Part shown: positions 34,980 through 44,739 of the stretch, piece after piece | Numbering within the stretch: position 1 is the first letter of the stretch | Layout: every line of letters starts with the position of its first letter | Source: a virus | Lineage: Duplodnaviria > Caudoviricetes | Length of the DNA: 54,371 bases | Virus record (IMG/VR): IMGVR_UViG_3300043758_000010 | Coordinates: 1 to 54,371 of that record | Direction: 5' to 3' (one strand) | Notes under the pieces: model-generated | The model's database searches: none | What the model saw: only the letters and a program-made list of their open reading frames with translations | What the model was told of the DNA's origin: nothing | Program-made: the position numbers and the translations under genes

Positions 34980-35624
34980 CTACCTCACTTCTTCGTCGAG
35001 CCGTCGCCGGTCGGCGGCGGGCTTGGTCTGGGGTTCCTCGGCCGCGAAGGACAGAGCCCACTCGCGCAGCTCGGCCCGGGAGTCCAAGTGGCAGTAGTTG
35101 GTGTCGACGGGCTGGTCGGTGAACTGGTGGAAGAGCCACGGCGCGGTGATGCCCGGGTCGCCGGCCTTGCGCCCTCCGGTGGCGATCCACAGGAAGTCGC
35201 CGTAGTAACCGGTCGTGTCGATGTCGCGCCAGTAGGACCTGTTGCAGTACATCCCGACGGGGTTCTGCGGCATCTTCGCTTTGACGTAGCGGAGCCACTT
35301 CTCCTTGTAAGCGAGCTGTCGGGCGGCGCTGACCCCCTCGTTGGCGGGGTCATATCCTTCCCAGTCCAGGACGATCAGGTCGCCGGGCTGCCAGGCCACC
35401 TGCTTGAGGAAGTAGTCGGCCTCGCTCTCGGGGGCGTTGGCCATGTGGGGGTAGTAGTACCCGCCCCAGACCAGGCCGTTTCGTTTCGCGTGGTCGCGCT
35501 GACGGGTCCACTTGGGGTTGATGTACCCGAGCCCCTCGGCGATCTTGACGAAGGCGAAGTCGAGCCCGCGCACTTCGGGTTCGCTCACCTGGTACGAGGC
35601 CCAGTCCTGTCCGTAGATGCCCAC
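34980..35624 (-). CDS. Endolysin, GH25 muramidase
   Basis: GQDWASYQ, FAFVKIAEG, VLDWE, LWIA, HQFT...VDTN. Confidence 0.92.
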   Translation of the reverse strand: MGIYGQDWASYQVSEPEVRGLDFAFVKIAEGLGYINPKWTRQRDHAKRNGLVWGGYYYPHMANAPESEADYFLKQVAWQPGDLIVLDWEGYDPANEGVSAARQLAYKEKWLRYVKAKMPQNPVGMYCNRSYWRDIDTTGYYGDFLWIATGGRKAGDPGITAPWLFHQFTDQPVDTNYCHLDSRAELREWALSFAAEEPQTKPAADRRRLDEEVR

Positions 35625-35651
35625 GCGGGCCTCCTTCTGCTGGGGCGGTCG

Positions 35652-36320
35652 TCACGGGGAGAGGTAGGTGACTTCGAACGTAGACGCGGACTCGAAGGCG
35701 TTGATCGTGCTGATGCTGCTGCCCGAGTTCTGGCCTGCCACGATCTCGATGTAGTCGCCAGCCACCAGCGCCATCTTCCGGTCAACCTGCGGGACAGTCG
35801 GAAGGGTGCTCGCGCCGACGATGGTGGCCGCACCGGTGACGATGTTGCCGTTCTTGTGGATGCGGGCGCCTCGGGAACCTGAGGTACTGGAGTTGTTGAA
35901 GGCAACTCTTCCGCTCACCTGGTACCAGCCGCTCACAGGGATCGTGTACCGGGAGGTGTTGGTCACGGTGCTGTGGCCGCTGTGGGTGTCCCTGTCCTCG
36001 GTGTCGAAGGTGACGGCGGTCCAGACGCCCGTCGGGATGGACTGGGTGGCCGTCTGCACCGCAGAGAAGGACGGGGTGGTGACGGCGACGGTCGCCCAGG
36101 CGGTGCCGTCGTAGACGGTGAGGATCTTCTCGGCGGTCAGGAAGGCGACCATCCCGGCGACAGGGCTCGTGATGGCCGCAGTCCGTGCGGACGCGGAGGC
36201 GAAACGCATGACCGTCTGGGGGACCATGGCGGCCAGGTTCTGGGCCAGGGTCGCAGCGTTGGGTGGATCGGTCAGGGACGCGATCTGGATCCCCTGCCCG
36301 AAGGCGTCGGTGGTGGGCAT
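35652..36320 (-). CDS. Minor tail / receptor-binding protein with C1q-like domain
   Basis: RFASASAR...GMVAFL N-terminus; VTFDTE...RYTIPVSGWYQV...GDYIEI. Confidence 0.75.
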   Translation of the reverse strand: MPTTDAFGQGIQIASLTDPPNAATLAQNLAAMVPQTVMRFASASARTAAITSPVAGMVAFLTAEKILTVYDGTAWATVAVTTPSFSAVQTATQSIPTGVWTAVTFDTEDRDTHSGHSTVTNTSRYTIPVSGWYQVSGRVAFNNSSTSGSRGARIHKNGNIVTGAATIVGASTLPTVPQVDRKMALVAGDYIEIVAGQNSGSSISTINAFESASTFEVTYLSP

Positions 36321-36330
36321 GTCCCTCCTT

Positions 36331-36939
36331 TCAGGCGATGCGGAACGTGATGTTGTCCAGGCCGGCCCAGGTGGCGGTCCCGCTGTAGTCGGCGATCTGC
36401 ACGGTGCCGTCGGCCTTGATGTCGAGGGCGCCGACGGAGGCGATGGCCACCATGGACGTGGCCCGGATCTGCGCGGACGGGCGGGCCCCGACGGGCAACG
36501 TGCCGACCGTCGACGTGCCCGTGGTGGATCCGGGAGCGCGCGCCAGGCCGGCCAGGGAGACGGTGCCGTCGCCGTTGATCCGGTACGAGGGTGTCAGGAA
36601 TGGGAGCCCATAGGCCGTCCAGGAGCCGGCCAGGGGCAAGGTCTGCCAGGTGCCGGCGGTGGAGGCGGGGGCGGTGCGCCCGTAGGTGATCCAGTTGCCG
36701 TTGCCGGATGAGGTGATGACGATGACGTCGCCGACGATCGGGGTCAGGTAGGTGCTCATACGGCGGGCGATGATGTTGTCGGTCGTGGTGACGGTGCCGT
36801 CGGTGTCGATGCTGGCCACTACCGCTAGGCGCCAGTCGGCGCCCCGGATTGACGGGTTGAGGTCGGTGGCCTGCTGTACCTGCATCTGCATGGCGTCGGC
36901 GAGGTCGGCCATGACGTTGCGCTGGGCGGCGTTGCTCAC
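36331..36939 (-). CDS. Minor tail protein
   Basis: OB-like N-terminus (YLTPIVGDVIVI), TLPVGARP C-terminal domain. Confidence 0.75.
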   Translation of the reverse strand: MSNAAQRNVMADLADAMQMQVQQATDLNPSIRGADWRLAVVASIDTDGTVTTTDNIIARRMSTYLTPIVGDVIVITSSGNGNWITYGRTAPASTAGTWQTLPLAGSWTAYGLPFLTPSYRINGDGTVSLAGLARAPGSTTGTSTVGTLPVGARPSAQIRATSMVAIASVGALDIKADGTVQIADYSGTATWAGLDNITFRIA

Positions 36940-38027
36940 GCGTCCTCCTTCGCCGCGATGGTGCGGATCGGGAAGTCGCCCGCGACGTCCAGGGGGACCG
37001 TGAAGCTGTCGGCCTGGTGCAGCTCTGACGTGCCGTCCATGTACCGGACGCGGATGACGTCGCCGCAGGCCAGGGCCGGATTGGGCAGGCTGGAGATGTC
37101 GGCGGAGGCGTTCGCCGCCCGCGCGGAGCGCAGGCGCAGGGTCGCCGCAGACGTGCACTGCCCGACGTCGATGAGGGTCGGGGAGCTGATGAAGGTCGGC
37201 CGGTGCCCGAAGGGGCCGTCCCAGTAGGTGGGGCTGCCGGGGTCGGTGTCCGTGACCAGGGCGGAGACGGGCGGGACGCCGTCCTCGGCGTTCTCGCCGC
37301 GGGCGAGGACCGCGTTGTAGACGTTGTCGAGGCTCATGCCTCGGTCCGCCTGGATGTACGCGCCGCCCTCGCTGGCCGCGATGGTCCACACCGGGGTGGC
37401 GGTCAGCGGGTCCGGGAGTTCGGCGATGGTGAAGATGCCGTCCGCGTCGGCGTAGACCTCGGCTCCGATCGTTGCTCCGATCTCCATCACGGCAGCCCAC
37501 GGGTCGCCCTGGATGTCCCAGGTCCGCGGTCCGATGGTCGCGTCGGTTGCGGTGGAGGTGACGACTGCTGTCGGAATGGACCGCTGGATGAGAGCGGTGA
37601 TCGCACCGACGGCGGTTCCGCTGGCCCGGTATGGGGCGGTGAACTTGTCGTCGGCGACGACGGCCTCCAGTGACTTGCCTGAGATGGTGGCCGGCCCGTC
37701 GTCGACGTCGCCCTCCACGCGGTCGATGCGGAACGTGCCGAGCGGGACGAGTTCCTCGGCGCCGTCGTTGTAGCGGATCCCACGGGCGATCTGCAGCCGG
37801 GCGCCGTACACGCTGATGCGGTCGGCCGCGGTACGCGGGATCAGAGTCGGGTCGGCCAGGGTGACGGTGCAGGTCCGGCGTGTGGCCGAGCGGCGGTCGA
37901 CCGTCACGGATCCACCGATGTGGTCCAGCACCTCGGCCTTGCCGTCGGTCCGGTAGAGGGTGACGCGGGTGACCACCGTGTGGGCTTCGGTGAGCGCGGC
38001 CAGGAAGCGAGCGGTGACCGGGTACAC
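36936..38027 (-). CDS. Baseplate hub-like tail protein (DUF5047-like)
   Basis: GGSVTVDR...RRTCTV, VPLGTF, PNPALACGDVI. Confidence 0.8.
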   Translation of the reverse strand: MYPVTARFLAALTEAHTVVTRVTLYRTDGKAEVLDHIGGSVTVDRRSATRRTCTVTLADPTLIPRTAADRISVYGARLQIARGIRYNDGAEELVPLGTFRIDRVEGDVDDGPATISGKSLEAVVADDKFTAPYRASGTAVGAITALIQRSIPTAVVTSTATDATIGPRTWDIQGDPWAAVMEIGATIGAEVYADADGIFTIAELPDPLTATPVWTIAASEGGAYIQADRGMSLDNVYNAVLARGENAEDGVPPVSALVTDTDPGSPTYWDGPFGHRPTFISSPTLIDVGQCTSAATLRLRSARAANASADISSLPNPALACGDVIRVRYMDGTSELHQADSFTVPLDVAGDFPIRTIAAKEDA

Positions 38028-38036
38028 GGGGCCTCC

Positions 38037-40259
38037 TCACGTGTTCAGGAGGACGGTCTCCCAGGTGGCGCGGCGGGAGCGGACGTCTTCCCACGTGCTG
38101 TTCTCGGTGAGGATGTCCTGCCAGGTGCGGCCGGCGGATCCGGCGACGCCGATGGTGGTGGGCATGTCGACCTGGGTGACGGGCACGGTCCAAGTCCGCT
38201 CGGGGTCAGTGTCGATGCCGCCCCCGCGATCCTCGGTAATGCCGCCGACGGCGACGTACATGTCGCTGATGCCACGCCCCGGGGCGACCTGCCAGAGCAG
38301 CGTCGTGCCGGCATCCAGGAGCAGGTGGAGGGCTTCGCGTTCCTCGTCGGTGAAGGTGTAGAGGGAGACCTCGCCTTCGAGGCCGCCACGGACGTCGGAG
38401 AGGATCACGCTGTTGCGCCGGCCCCGGACACGGTGGGCGGTCTGCTGGATGGAGCGCTGCCAGACGGGGCCGCGGGCCACCATCAGCCGCAGGTTCCGCT
38501 GGGGGCTGCCAGGATCCTTCAGCCAGCAATAGTTGCCGTCGTCGAGGCTGACAGTGACCGGGTCGCTGGTGCGGGATTCGGCGAGCGTACCGACGGCCGA
38601 GTACACCTCGATGTAGTAGGAGACGGTCGTGTTGAGCGGGGCCTCGTAGTCCTCGATGACCATGCGGTCGGCGGTGATGGTCTGGGAGCTGATCAGGCCA
38701 GCGGGGCCTCGGACCAGGGTTCGGGTGCCGTCGCCGACGACGCGCCAGACGGAGATCAGGTAGCCGACGGTCAGTTCACGGATGGTGAGGGTGATGCTGG
38801 CCGTATCGTCGTCTGCCGCGACAGAGGTGAGCGGCAGGGCCTGCCAGAGCGCCATCTGGTCGAGCTGCATCACCGAGGAGGTGGCGGTGGCCACCAGGGA
38901 CAGCTCGATGGCCGCCTGCGTGGCCCCGGCCGGTGCAGTGAAGGAGTTGGTGAGGGTCCACCAGTTGGGGGTCGGCGCTGTTCCGGCGCCGCCCGACGTC
39001 AGGCCGAGGTCGACGTTGGAGGCGTCGTACCAGCGGACGCCGCGGTTGATGGTCCAGCCGCCCGCGGTGACGTTCTCGTTGACCTGCAGTCGGAAGGAGA
39101 GGCCGGCGGCGGCGCCGACCGAGAACTTGGCGGAGCGCAGGACGCTGGTGGTGGCGGTCGCGGAGGACACTGTGAGGGCGTAGGCGCCGTCGATGGCGTA
39201 GGCCCCCCATGGGGTGGAGCGGGCGATGGTGGCGGCGCCGCTGGTCACGGTCCAGCCGGCCGCGTCCTTCTCGAAGGAGGCGTCGGCGTATGGGACGACG
39301 CTGCCCTGCCGGATGACGGGTGCAGTGGCGATGACAGCGCCGTCGACGCGGACGACCTGGGCCGCCGTGCCGGAGGTGATGCCGACGGCGAGGGTGGCGT
39401 AGGCGGTGGCTGCCGGGGCGATGGCGCTGACGCGCTGCTGGTAGAAGCCTGTGCCCGGGGCGGCCAGGTTGGCGCGGGTCGTGGACAGCTGCGTGTTGGC
39501 GGCGTTGTAGAAGCGGAGCTCCACCCAGACCGTCGAGCCGGAGGTTGGCGGGTTGAGGTAGCAGTAGCCGATGTACTCCGTCCCCGCGGTGGCCGTGGGG
39601 GTCTCCGTGACTTTCGCGGAGGCGTTCCCGTTGGCGGTCACCGTGAGGGCGAGAACGTGCCCACCCGGCAGGTAGGCGTCGACAGGCCACTGCACGACGG
39701 GCACCTGGCGTGCCACGGAGCAGTTCGTCTCCGAGGCCCACCGGAGCGTCGCGTACTCGAATGTCTCCGCGTCGAACGACAGCAGGTTGCCGGTGGTGCG
39801 CATCGGCAGCCCGAGGTAGACGTTCTCGAAGTGGTTGATGACTCCGGCGCCGGCCGGGGTGGCGGACACCAGCACCTGGGCGGATGCTGCCGTGGCCGGC
39901 GCCATGCCGGCCACGGAGATCCGGTGCCATGAGGAGGATGCGGCGGCGGTGGTGAGGGACCAGGTGATGCTGATCTCGGTGCCGCCGGAGGTCATCCAGC
40001 GGATCCCGATGCGTTCCGGGACCGTGGCCCCGGAGGCATCTGCGAAGACCTGGTACTCCTGGCCTGGGGTGACGGCGTAGGACGCTGCCGTGCGGGCCTG
40101 CATCTCGCCGGCGGCCGTCGACGTGAGCTTGAGCGTGCCGTCCCCGTTACGGCCCCCTGTGCCCTTGGAGATGGAGCAGTTGAGCTTGGCGAGCCAGCCG
40201 GAGGTGTTGGGGTCAACGGACTCCGTGACCGCAGACAGGAGGTTTCCGGGGATCGCCAT
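38037..40259 (-). CDS. Distal tail-like protein with repeated CBM-like domains
   Basis: Three repeats (GNLL.../APATAASA, APAATAYA, APAGATQA); DYEAP and WLKDP C-terminal domain. Confidence 0.75.
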   Translation of the reverse strand: MAIPGNLLSAVTESVDPNTSGWLAKLNCSISKGTGGRNGDGTLKLTSTAAGEMQARTAASYAVTPGQEYQVFADASGATVPERIGIRWMTSGGTEISITWSLTTAAASSSWHRISVAGMAPATAASAQVLVSATPAGAGVINHFENVYLGLPMRTTGNLLSFDAETFEYATLRWASETNCSVARQVPVVQWPVDAYLPGGHVLALTVTANGNASAKVTETPTATAGTEYIGYCYLNPPTSGSTVWVELRFYNAANTQLSTTRANLAAPGTGFYQQRVSAIAPAATAYATLAVGITSGTAAQVVRVDGAVIATAPVIRQGSVVPYADASFEKDAAGWTVTSGAATIARSTPWGAYAIDGAYALTVSSATATTSVLRSAKFSVGAAAGLSFRLQVNENVTAGGWTINRGVRWYDASNVDLGLTSGGAGTAPTPNWWTLTNSFTAPAGATQAAIELSLVATATSSVMQLDQMALWQALPLTSVAADDDTASITLTIRELTVGYLISVWRVVGDGTRTLVRGPAGLISSQTITADRMVIEDYEAPLNTTVSYYIEVYSAVGTLAESRTSDPVTVSLDDGNYCWLKDPGSPQRNLRLMVARGPVWQRSIQQTAHRVRGRRNSVILSDVRGGLEGEVSLYTFTDEEREALHLLLDAGTTLLWQVAPGRGISDMYVAVGGITEDRGGGIDTDPERTWTVPVTQVDMPTTIGVAGSAGRTWQDILTENSTWEDVRSRRATWETVLLNT

Positions 40260-40268
40260 GGGCAGACC

Positions 40269-43200
40269 TCACTTCCGGCCGGCGTAGACGATGGCTTTCA
40301 GGTCGCGGATTCCGGCGGCCATGCGGCCGTCGGCCCGGTCGTCGACGTAGGCGTCGAACTCCTGGTCGCCGACGACGAGAGTGAGCCGATCTCCTGCCGC
40401 GAGGCCGCCGCGGTTGGCGGCCAGGGAGGAGACGGCTTGCCATTGCGTTGCGGTGAGGATGGCCTCGGGGCGGCCGGTCTCGTTGATGGCGGCGGTGACT
40501 CCTGGCTGGAGCCATCCGCCGGAGTCGTAGCCGCCGGCGCGGTCGTAGGCCCGCGGCAGACTGCCGTAGGCGGCCAGGGCGTAGCGCATGCTCGCGTAGA
40601 TGTTGGCGAGCGGGTTGACCGAGGTCCCGTACAGGAACGGGCCGACCCCGCGCATGGCTCCGGCGTAGGCCTGGAACGTCGGGCCGATGACCTGCATGAG
40701 GCCGACGGACGGCGTTCCAGCGAGCCAGTTGGAGTCCCACGTGTTGACGATCGTGGGGTTGCCGCCGGACTCCTGATCCATGCGCCGGAGGGTGGTGGCC
40801 AGGTAGGCGGCTGGCTGGCCGAGCATCTGGAGGGCCTGCAGTACGACGGGGGCCCAGCGCTGGACGCCGGAGCCGCCCATGTCGCCGCCTCCGAAGCTGC
40901 TCATGATGCTGGTGATCTTGTCTTTCAGGGTGGACAGCATCTTGGTGGGAACGGAGGCGATGAGCCGGCCGAAGCCGCTGTCGGCGATGCTGGCGATCTT
41001 GTCTCGGATGAAGGCGGTTGCCCCCTGCCAGGCCTTGGACGGGTTGGTGATCAGGTCGCCGATGTTGCTGAAGAAGCTGCCGATCGACCCGACGAGACCG
41101 CCGTCCTTGAAGCGCTGGACGGGGCCGCCAGCCGCGAAGCCGGGCAGGGTGCCGTAGCGGTTGATGAAGTCGAGCGTGCCGAAGCCCAGCTTGCGGGCCG
41201 AGTCGCGGCGGATGACGTACTCGTCGGCCATCATCAGCGCGGGAATGGAGTCCTGGCCTGGGGTGCCGCCGTAGGTCCGGCCGCCTTCCGCGAACTGCAC
41301 GGCGCCGAGCTTTCCGGCGCCGGTGAAGTCCGCGATCGTGTTCCAGACCTTGCGGATCCCGTTGTTGTAGACGGTGTCGATCACGAACTGGACCGGCTTG
41401 CGGGTGATCTCGCGTAGCCGGTCCCAGATGAGGCCGATCCCGGTGATGCCGTTGTTGAAGCTGTCCTTCAGGACGCTGACGCCGCGGCTCAGGGCATCGA
41501 AGGCCGGCTTGATGCCGCGGTCCCACACGAACTGGATCGTGGCCCTGATGCCCTCCCAGACCGGCCTGATCGTGCCGTTCCAGAAGCTCATGAAGGATTC
41601 AGCGAGCGGCCCTTTGATGTAGGCGACTACGGCATCGAAGATGAGCTTCGCCTTGAACCACCACTCGGAGAACTTCCCGCCAATGGCTTCGAAGACCGGC
41701 TTGACCGCAGTGGTCCACAGCCACATCGCAATGGCTGCGAACGCCTGGAAAAGCAGGCTGATCTGATCGAAGACGGGCTTGATCGCGTTGTTCCACAGCC
41801 ACAGCGCAAGGTCGGCGATCAGGGTGAAGACCGGCTTGATTGCCGTGTCCCACAGCCACAGCGCGATGGCGCCAAGGGCTTTGAAGAGCAGGTAGAGGGG
41901 CGCGAAGACGATGGTCCCGAGGACCGTGATCAGAATGCGTCCGGCTGCGACGATGAAGTCGAACGCAGGCTTGATCGCGTTCGTCCACAGCCAGATGGCC
42001 ACGTCGGCAAGCGCCTTGAACGCCACGACGAGGGCGGCGAAAACGGGCTTCAGGACGTTCTCCCACGCCCACATCGCCGCAGTCTGGATCCCCGCCCACG
42101 CGGTCTGGACGATGGCCCTGAACGTCTCCGACTTGTTGTAGGCGACGACCAGGGCCGCCCCCAGGGCGGCGAGCGCGATCACGATCAGGGTGATCGGGTT
42201 CAACGCCATGACGGCGTGCAGGAGCGCCTGGGCCGCGGCGAACCCGTTGGTGACGGCCGTGCCGACGAGGATGGCCGCCCGGTAGACGGAGAAGACGGCG
42301 GTAACCGCAGCGGTGGCGATGGCCTGCGCGTTCAGGGCCAGGGTGAGACCGCCAATGAGTACCACGACGGGCGTCAGCCAGGCGCCCCACTCGCGGAACC
42401 AGTTGATCAGGGGCCCCACGACAGCACTGGCCTGTCGGATGCCGGAGATGAGGGCATTCAGGGCAGGCAGGACCACCTGGTTGACGATGGTCCCGAGGCT
42501 GTCCATCAGCTGTCGGCCCAGGATGGCGAGCTGGGTGCTGGTGTTGTCGCGGATGGTGTCACCCACCGCCTTGGCGGCTCCTTCCAGCTGGCCCAGCCCA
42601 GAGGCTGCCGTGGAGGGGTCCATCGCGAACAAGGCCGAACCGAGGTCCTCCGCCTGGGTGCCAAACAGCGCGGTAGCTGCAGCAGACTGCTGCAGAGGGT
42701 CCTTCATGTCCCGGAGGCGAGACAGGGTCAGCGTCAGGACCCCGTTCGCAGCGCTGCCTCCTTGAGCGAACTGGGCGCCCATGTCCTGGGCGGACAGGCC
42801 AAGCGCCTCGAATCCTGCAGCACTGGAGGCGGACCCATCGACGGCCCGGATGCTGAATTCCTTGATGGCATCGGCAGCCAGGTCAGAGTCACGGGCGCCA
42901 GCTGCGATTGCCTGATTCAGCAGGCCGACGGCAGACGCGCCGTCCAGGCCGGCCTTCTTGAACTGGACCCCGTACTCGTTGAGGGTGTCCAGGAAGTCGC
43001 CGGCCTTGTCGGCGTTGGACTGCAGGCCCTTGGTGATCAAGTCGAGCGCCGCCGGGGCGTCCTTGGCCAGCCCGGTTCGGATCAGCTGCGTAGCCGCGTT
43101 CGCGGCGCCGCCCAGATCCTGGTCGAAGGTCGTGGCGAGGTCGGAGACCTTGGTGGTGATGGCCTCGATGGACTGGGTGGTGGCCTTCTCGGGGATGAGC

Positions 43201-43574
43201 CCGGAGCCCATCACGGCCCGCACCGCGGCGGCCCCCTCCTCGAAGGAGTCGACGACGGCCTTCGAGTACAGAGAGCCCGCCACCGCGCCAGCCTGCTTGG
43301 CGCCCTTGCCGGAAAGACCAAGCTGGGCGGCCAGCTTGTCCGCCATCTTCTCCTTCTCGATGGCGGACATCGTGGCGGCGACAAGGACGGCGCCGGCCGC
43401 CGCCCCTGCCACGGCCAGGCGTTCCTTCCACTTCTCGCCAAAGCGCCCACCGGACTCCTCGCCGGCGCGGGAGCCCGCGTCGCCCGCCGGCCCGGACAGC
43501 TGGCGCCGCAGCTCGTCGGAGATACCGCGGACGGAGGGGATGATCTGGATGGTGGCGTAGCCGACGTTGGGCAC
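40269..43574 (-). CDS. Tape measure protein with C-terminal lytic transglycosylase domain
   Basis: DFLDTLNEY, DAIKEF, ALFGTQAEDLG; aromatic heptad-like repeats; ESGGNP...GLMQVI. Confidence 0.95.
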   Translation of the reverse strand: MPNVGYATIQIIPSVRGISDELRRQLSGPAGDAGSRAGEESGGRFGEKWKERLAVAGAAAGAVLVAATMSAIEKEKMADKLAAQLGLSGKGAKQAGAVAGSLYSKAVVDSFEEGAAAVRAVMGSGLIPEKATTQSIEAITTKVSDLATTFDQDLGGAANAATQLIRTGLAKDAPAALDLITKGLQSNADKAGDFLDTLNEYGVQFKKAGLDGASAVGLLNQAIAAGARDSDLAADAIKEFSIRAVDGSASSAAGFEALGLSAQDMGAQFAQGGSAANGVLTLTLSRLRDMKDPLQQSAAATALFGTQAEDLGSALFAMDPSTAASGLGQLEGAAKAVGDTIRDNTSTQLAILGRQLMDSLGTIVNQVVLPALNALISGIRQASAVVGPLINWFREWGAWLTPVVVLIGGLTLALNAQAIATAAVTAVFSVYRAAILVGTAVTNGFAAAQALLHAVMALNPITLIVIALAALGAALVVAYNKSETFRAIVQTAWAGIQTAAMWAWENVLKPVFAALVVAFKALADVAIWLWTNAIKPAFDFIVAAGRILITVLGTIVFAPLYLLFKALGAIALWLWDTAIKPVFTLIADLALWLWNNAIKPVFDQISLLFQAFAAIAMWLWTTAVKPVFEAIGGKFSEWWFKAKLIFDAVVAYIKGPLAESFMSFWNGTIRPVWEGIRATIQFVWDRGIKPAFDALSRGVSVLKDSFNNGITGIGLIWDRLREITRKPVQFVIDTVYNNGIRKVWNTIADFTGAGKLGAVQFAEGGRTYGGTPGQDSIPALMMADEYVIRRDSARKLGFGTLDFINRYGTLPGFAAGGPVQRFKDGGLVGSIGSFFSNIGDLITNPSKAWQGATAFIRDKIASIADSGFGRLIASVPTKMLSTLKDKITSIMSSFGGGDMGGSGVQRWAPVVLQALQMLGQPAAYLATTLRRMDQESGGNPTIVNTWDSNWLAGTPSVGLMQVIGPTFQAYAGAMRGVGPFLYGTSVNPLANIYASMRYALAAYGSLPRAYDRAGGYDSGGWLQPGVTAAINETGRPEAILTATQWQAVSSLAANRGGLAAGDRLTLVVGDQEFDAYVDDRADGRMAAGIRDLKAIVYAGRK

Positions 43575-43584
43575 CCGTCCCCCC

Positions 43585-44318
43585 TCAGGTCTTCGGTTGT
43601 GTTCTCCGGGCCTGGGCCCGCGCACGGGCCGCCTCAAGGCGGGCCTTGCGCTGGGCGTCTGGGGCTTTACGGTTCTTGGCTCCGCGCAGCCACCACCGCG
43701 GGTAGGGCTTCGGCCGCTTGGGCGGCGAGGTGGCGTTGACGGCCTCGATGGTCCAGTTGATGCGCTGGAGCATGTCGAAGAGGTCGGCGAGCATCAGCTC
43801 TTCCCGGCGCGGCTCCGGAATGCCGTCGCTGAGAGCGGTGCGGACGCGGGACTGCGGTGAGAGGCCCTGGACGTATCCGGCGAGCTCCCGGTAGGTGAGC
43901 GTCCCCTCGTACAGGTCGCGCAGGCGCACGCCGTACTCGGCTCGCAGGTCAGCGTCCAGGGCGCGGGGGTGCCTCCGGATCAGGTCCCGGAGGCCGCGGA
44001 TTCCCCCGGCTCCAGCCCGCAGTGCTTCTGGTAGGCCTTGAAGAGCGCCGTCAGCTTGTACTGGGGGAGGCGGATCTTGCGGAAGTCGTCGAAGTCGTCG
44101 CCCAGGGCCAGCTTGAAGGAGCCGAGCATGGCCCGGACATCGCCCCCTTCGGCGGCCTCGACGAGGTCCCAGATGTCGAGGTCCTGCAGGTGGGCCATCT
44201 CCCAGCGGCGGCCTTCGAAGTGGAAACGGAAGGGGCTCAGCTCCACCTCTGCCCGGACCGCGTCCAGGTTGAAGTCGAAGGGCTGGTCATCGGGGGTGCG
44301 CGCGGTTCGACTGGTCAC
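43585..44318 (-). CDS. Tail assembly chaperone long form via -1 frameshift
   Basis: GGGGGAA at 44001-44007 (- strand); the -1 frame reads GIRGLRDLIRRHPRALDADLRAEYGVRLRDL into the 43585..43929 ORF. Confidence 0.85.
43980..44318 (-). CDS. Tail assembly chaperone (short form)
   Basis: FDFNLDA... ends GLEPGES; upstream of tape measure. Confidence 0.85.
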   Translation of the reverse strand: MTSRTARTPDDQPFDFNLDAVRAEVELSPFRFHFEGRRWEMAHLQDLDIWDLVEAAEGGDVRAMLGSFKLALGDDFDDFRKIRLPQYKLTALFKAYQKHCGLEPGESAASGT

Positions 44319-44319
44319 G

Positions 44320-44667
44320 TCAGGTCTCGCTTTCGGTTCGCGGGTCGGGTGGGACGATCTGGACAGCGCCGGCCAGCAGGGTCAGCCGAACAGTGCTGAC
44401 GCCGTCGTGCTGGAGGGTGATCTCCATGGGCTGGCGGCCGACGAGCCAGGGGAACGGCTGGCCGTCGACGAGGACGGCGCCGCCGGGCTGGATGACGACC
44501 TCGCGCGCCAGACGCGGCGTCGACGGCGCGGCAGGGGGAGGCCCCGGGTCGGCCATGGCCGCGATCACGCGGCTGCGCAGGTGGCGGGGAAGTGTTTCGC
44601 CGTTCTGGACCAGGCCAAGCTCTAGAGCCTTGGCCTGGACGTCTTCGTCGGAAGCCTGGATCGGCAT
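44320..44667 (-). CDS. Hypothetical protein between major tail and chaperone
   Basis: 115 aa, GAGGAGG RBS. Confidence 0.7.
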   Translation of the reverse strand: MPIQASDEDVQAKALELGLVQNGETLPRHLRSRVIAAMADPGPPPAAPSTPRLAREVVIQPGGAVLVDGQPFPWLVGRQPMEITLQHDGVSTVRLTLLAGAVQIVPPDPRTESET

Positions 44668-44739
44668 GGGGCCTCCTCGCGGTTCGGGTGTTGCACCGGG
44701 GCGCGGCCGAACCGCGCGAACTGCCGCGCCCCGGCGGCA

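Noticed and set aside
31704-38027. Gin/Cin-type tail fibre inversion system
   Set aside because: No inverted alternative fibre segments or flanking inverted sites seen; the recombinase is separated from tail genes by the lysis cassette
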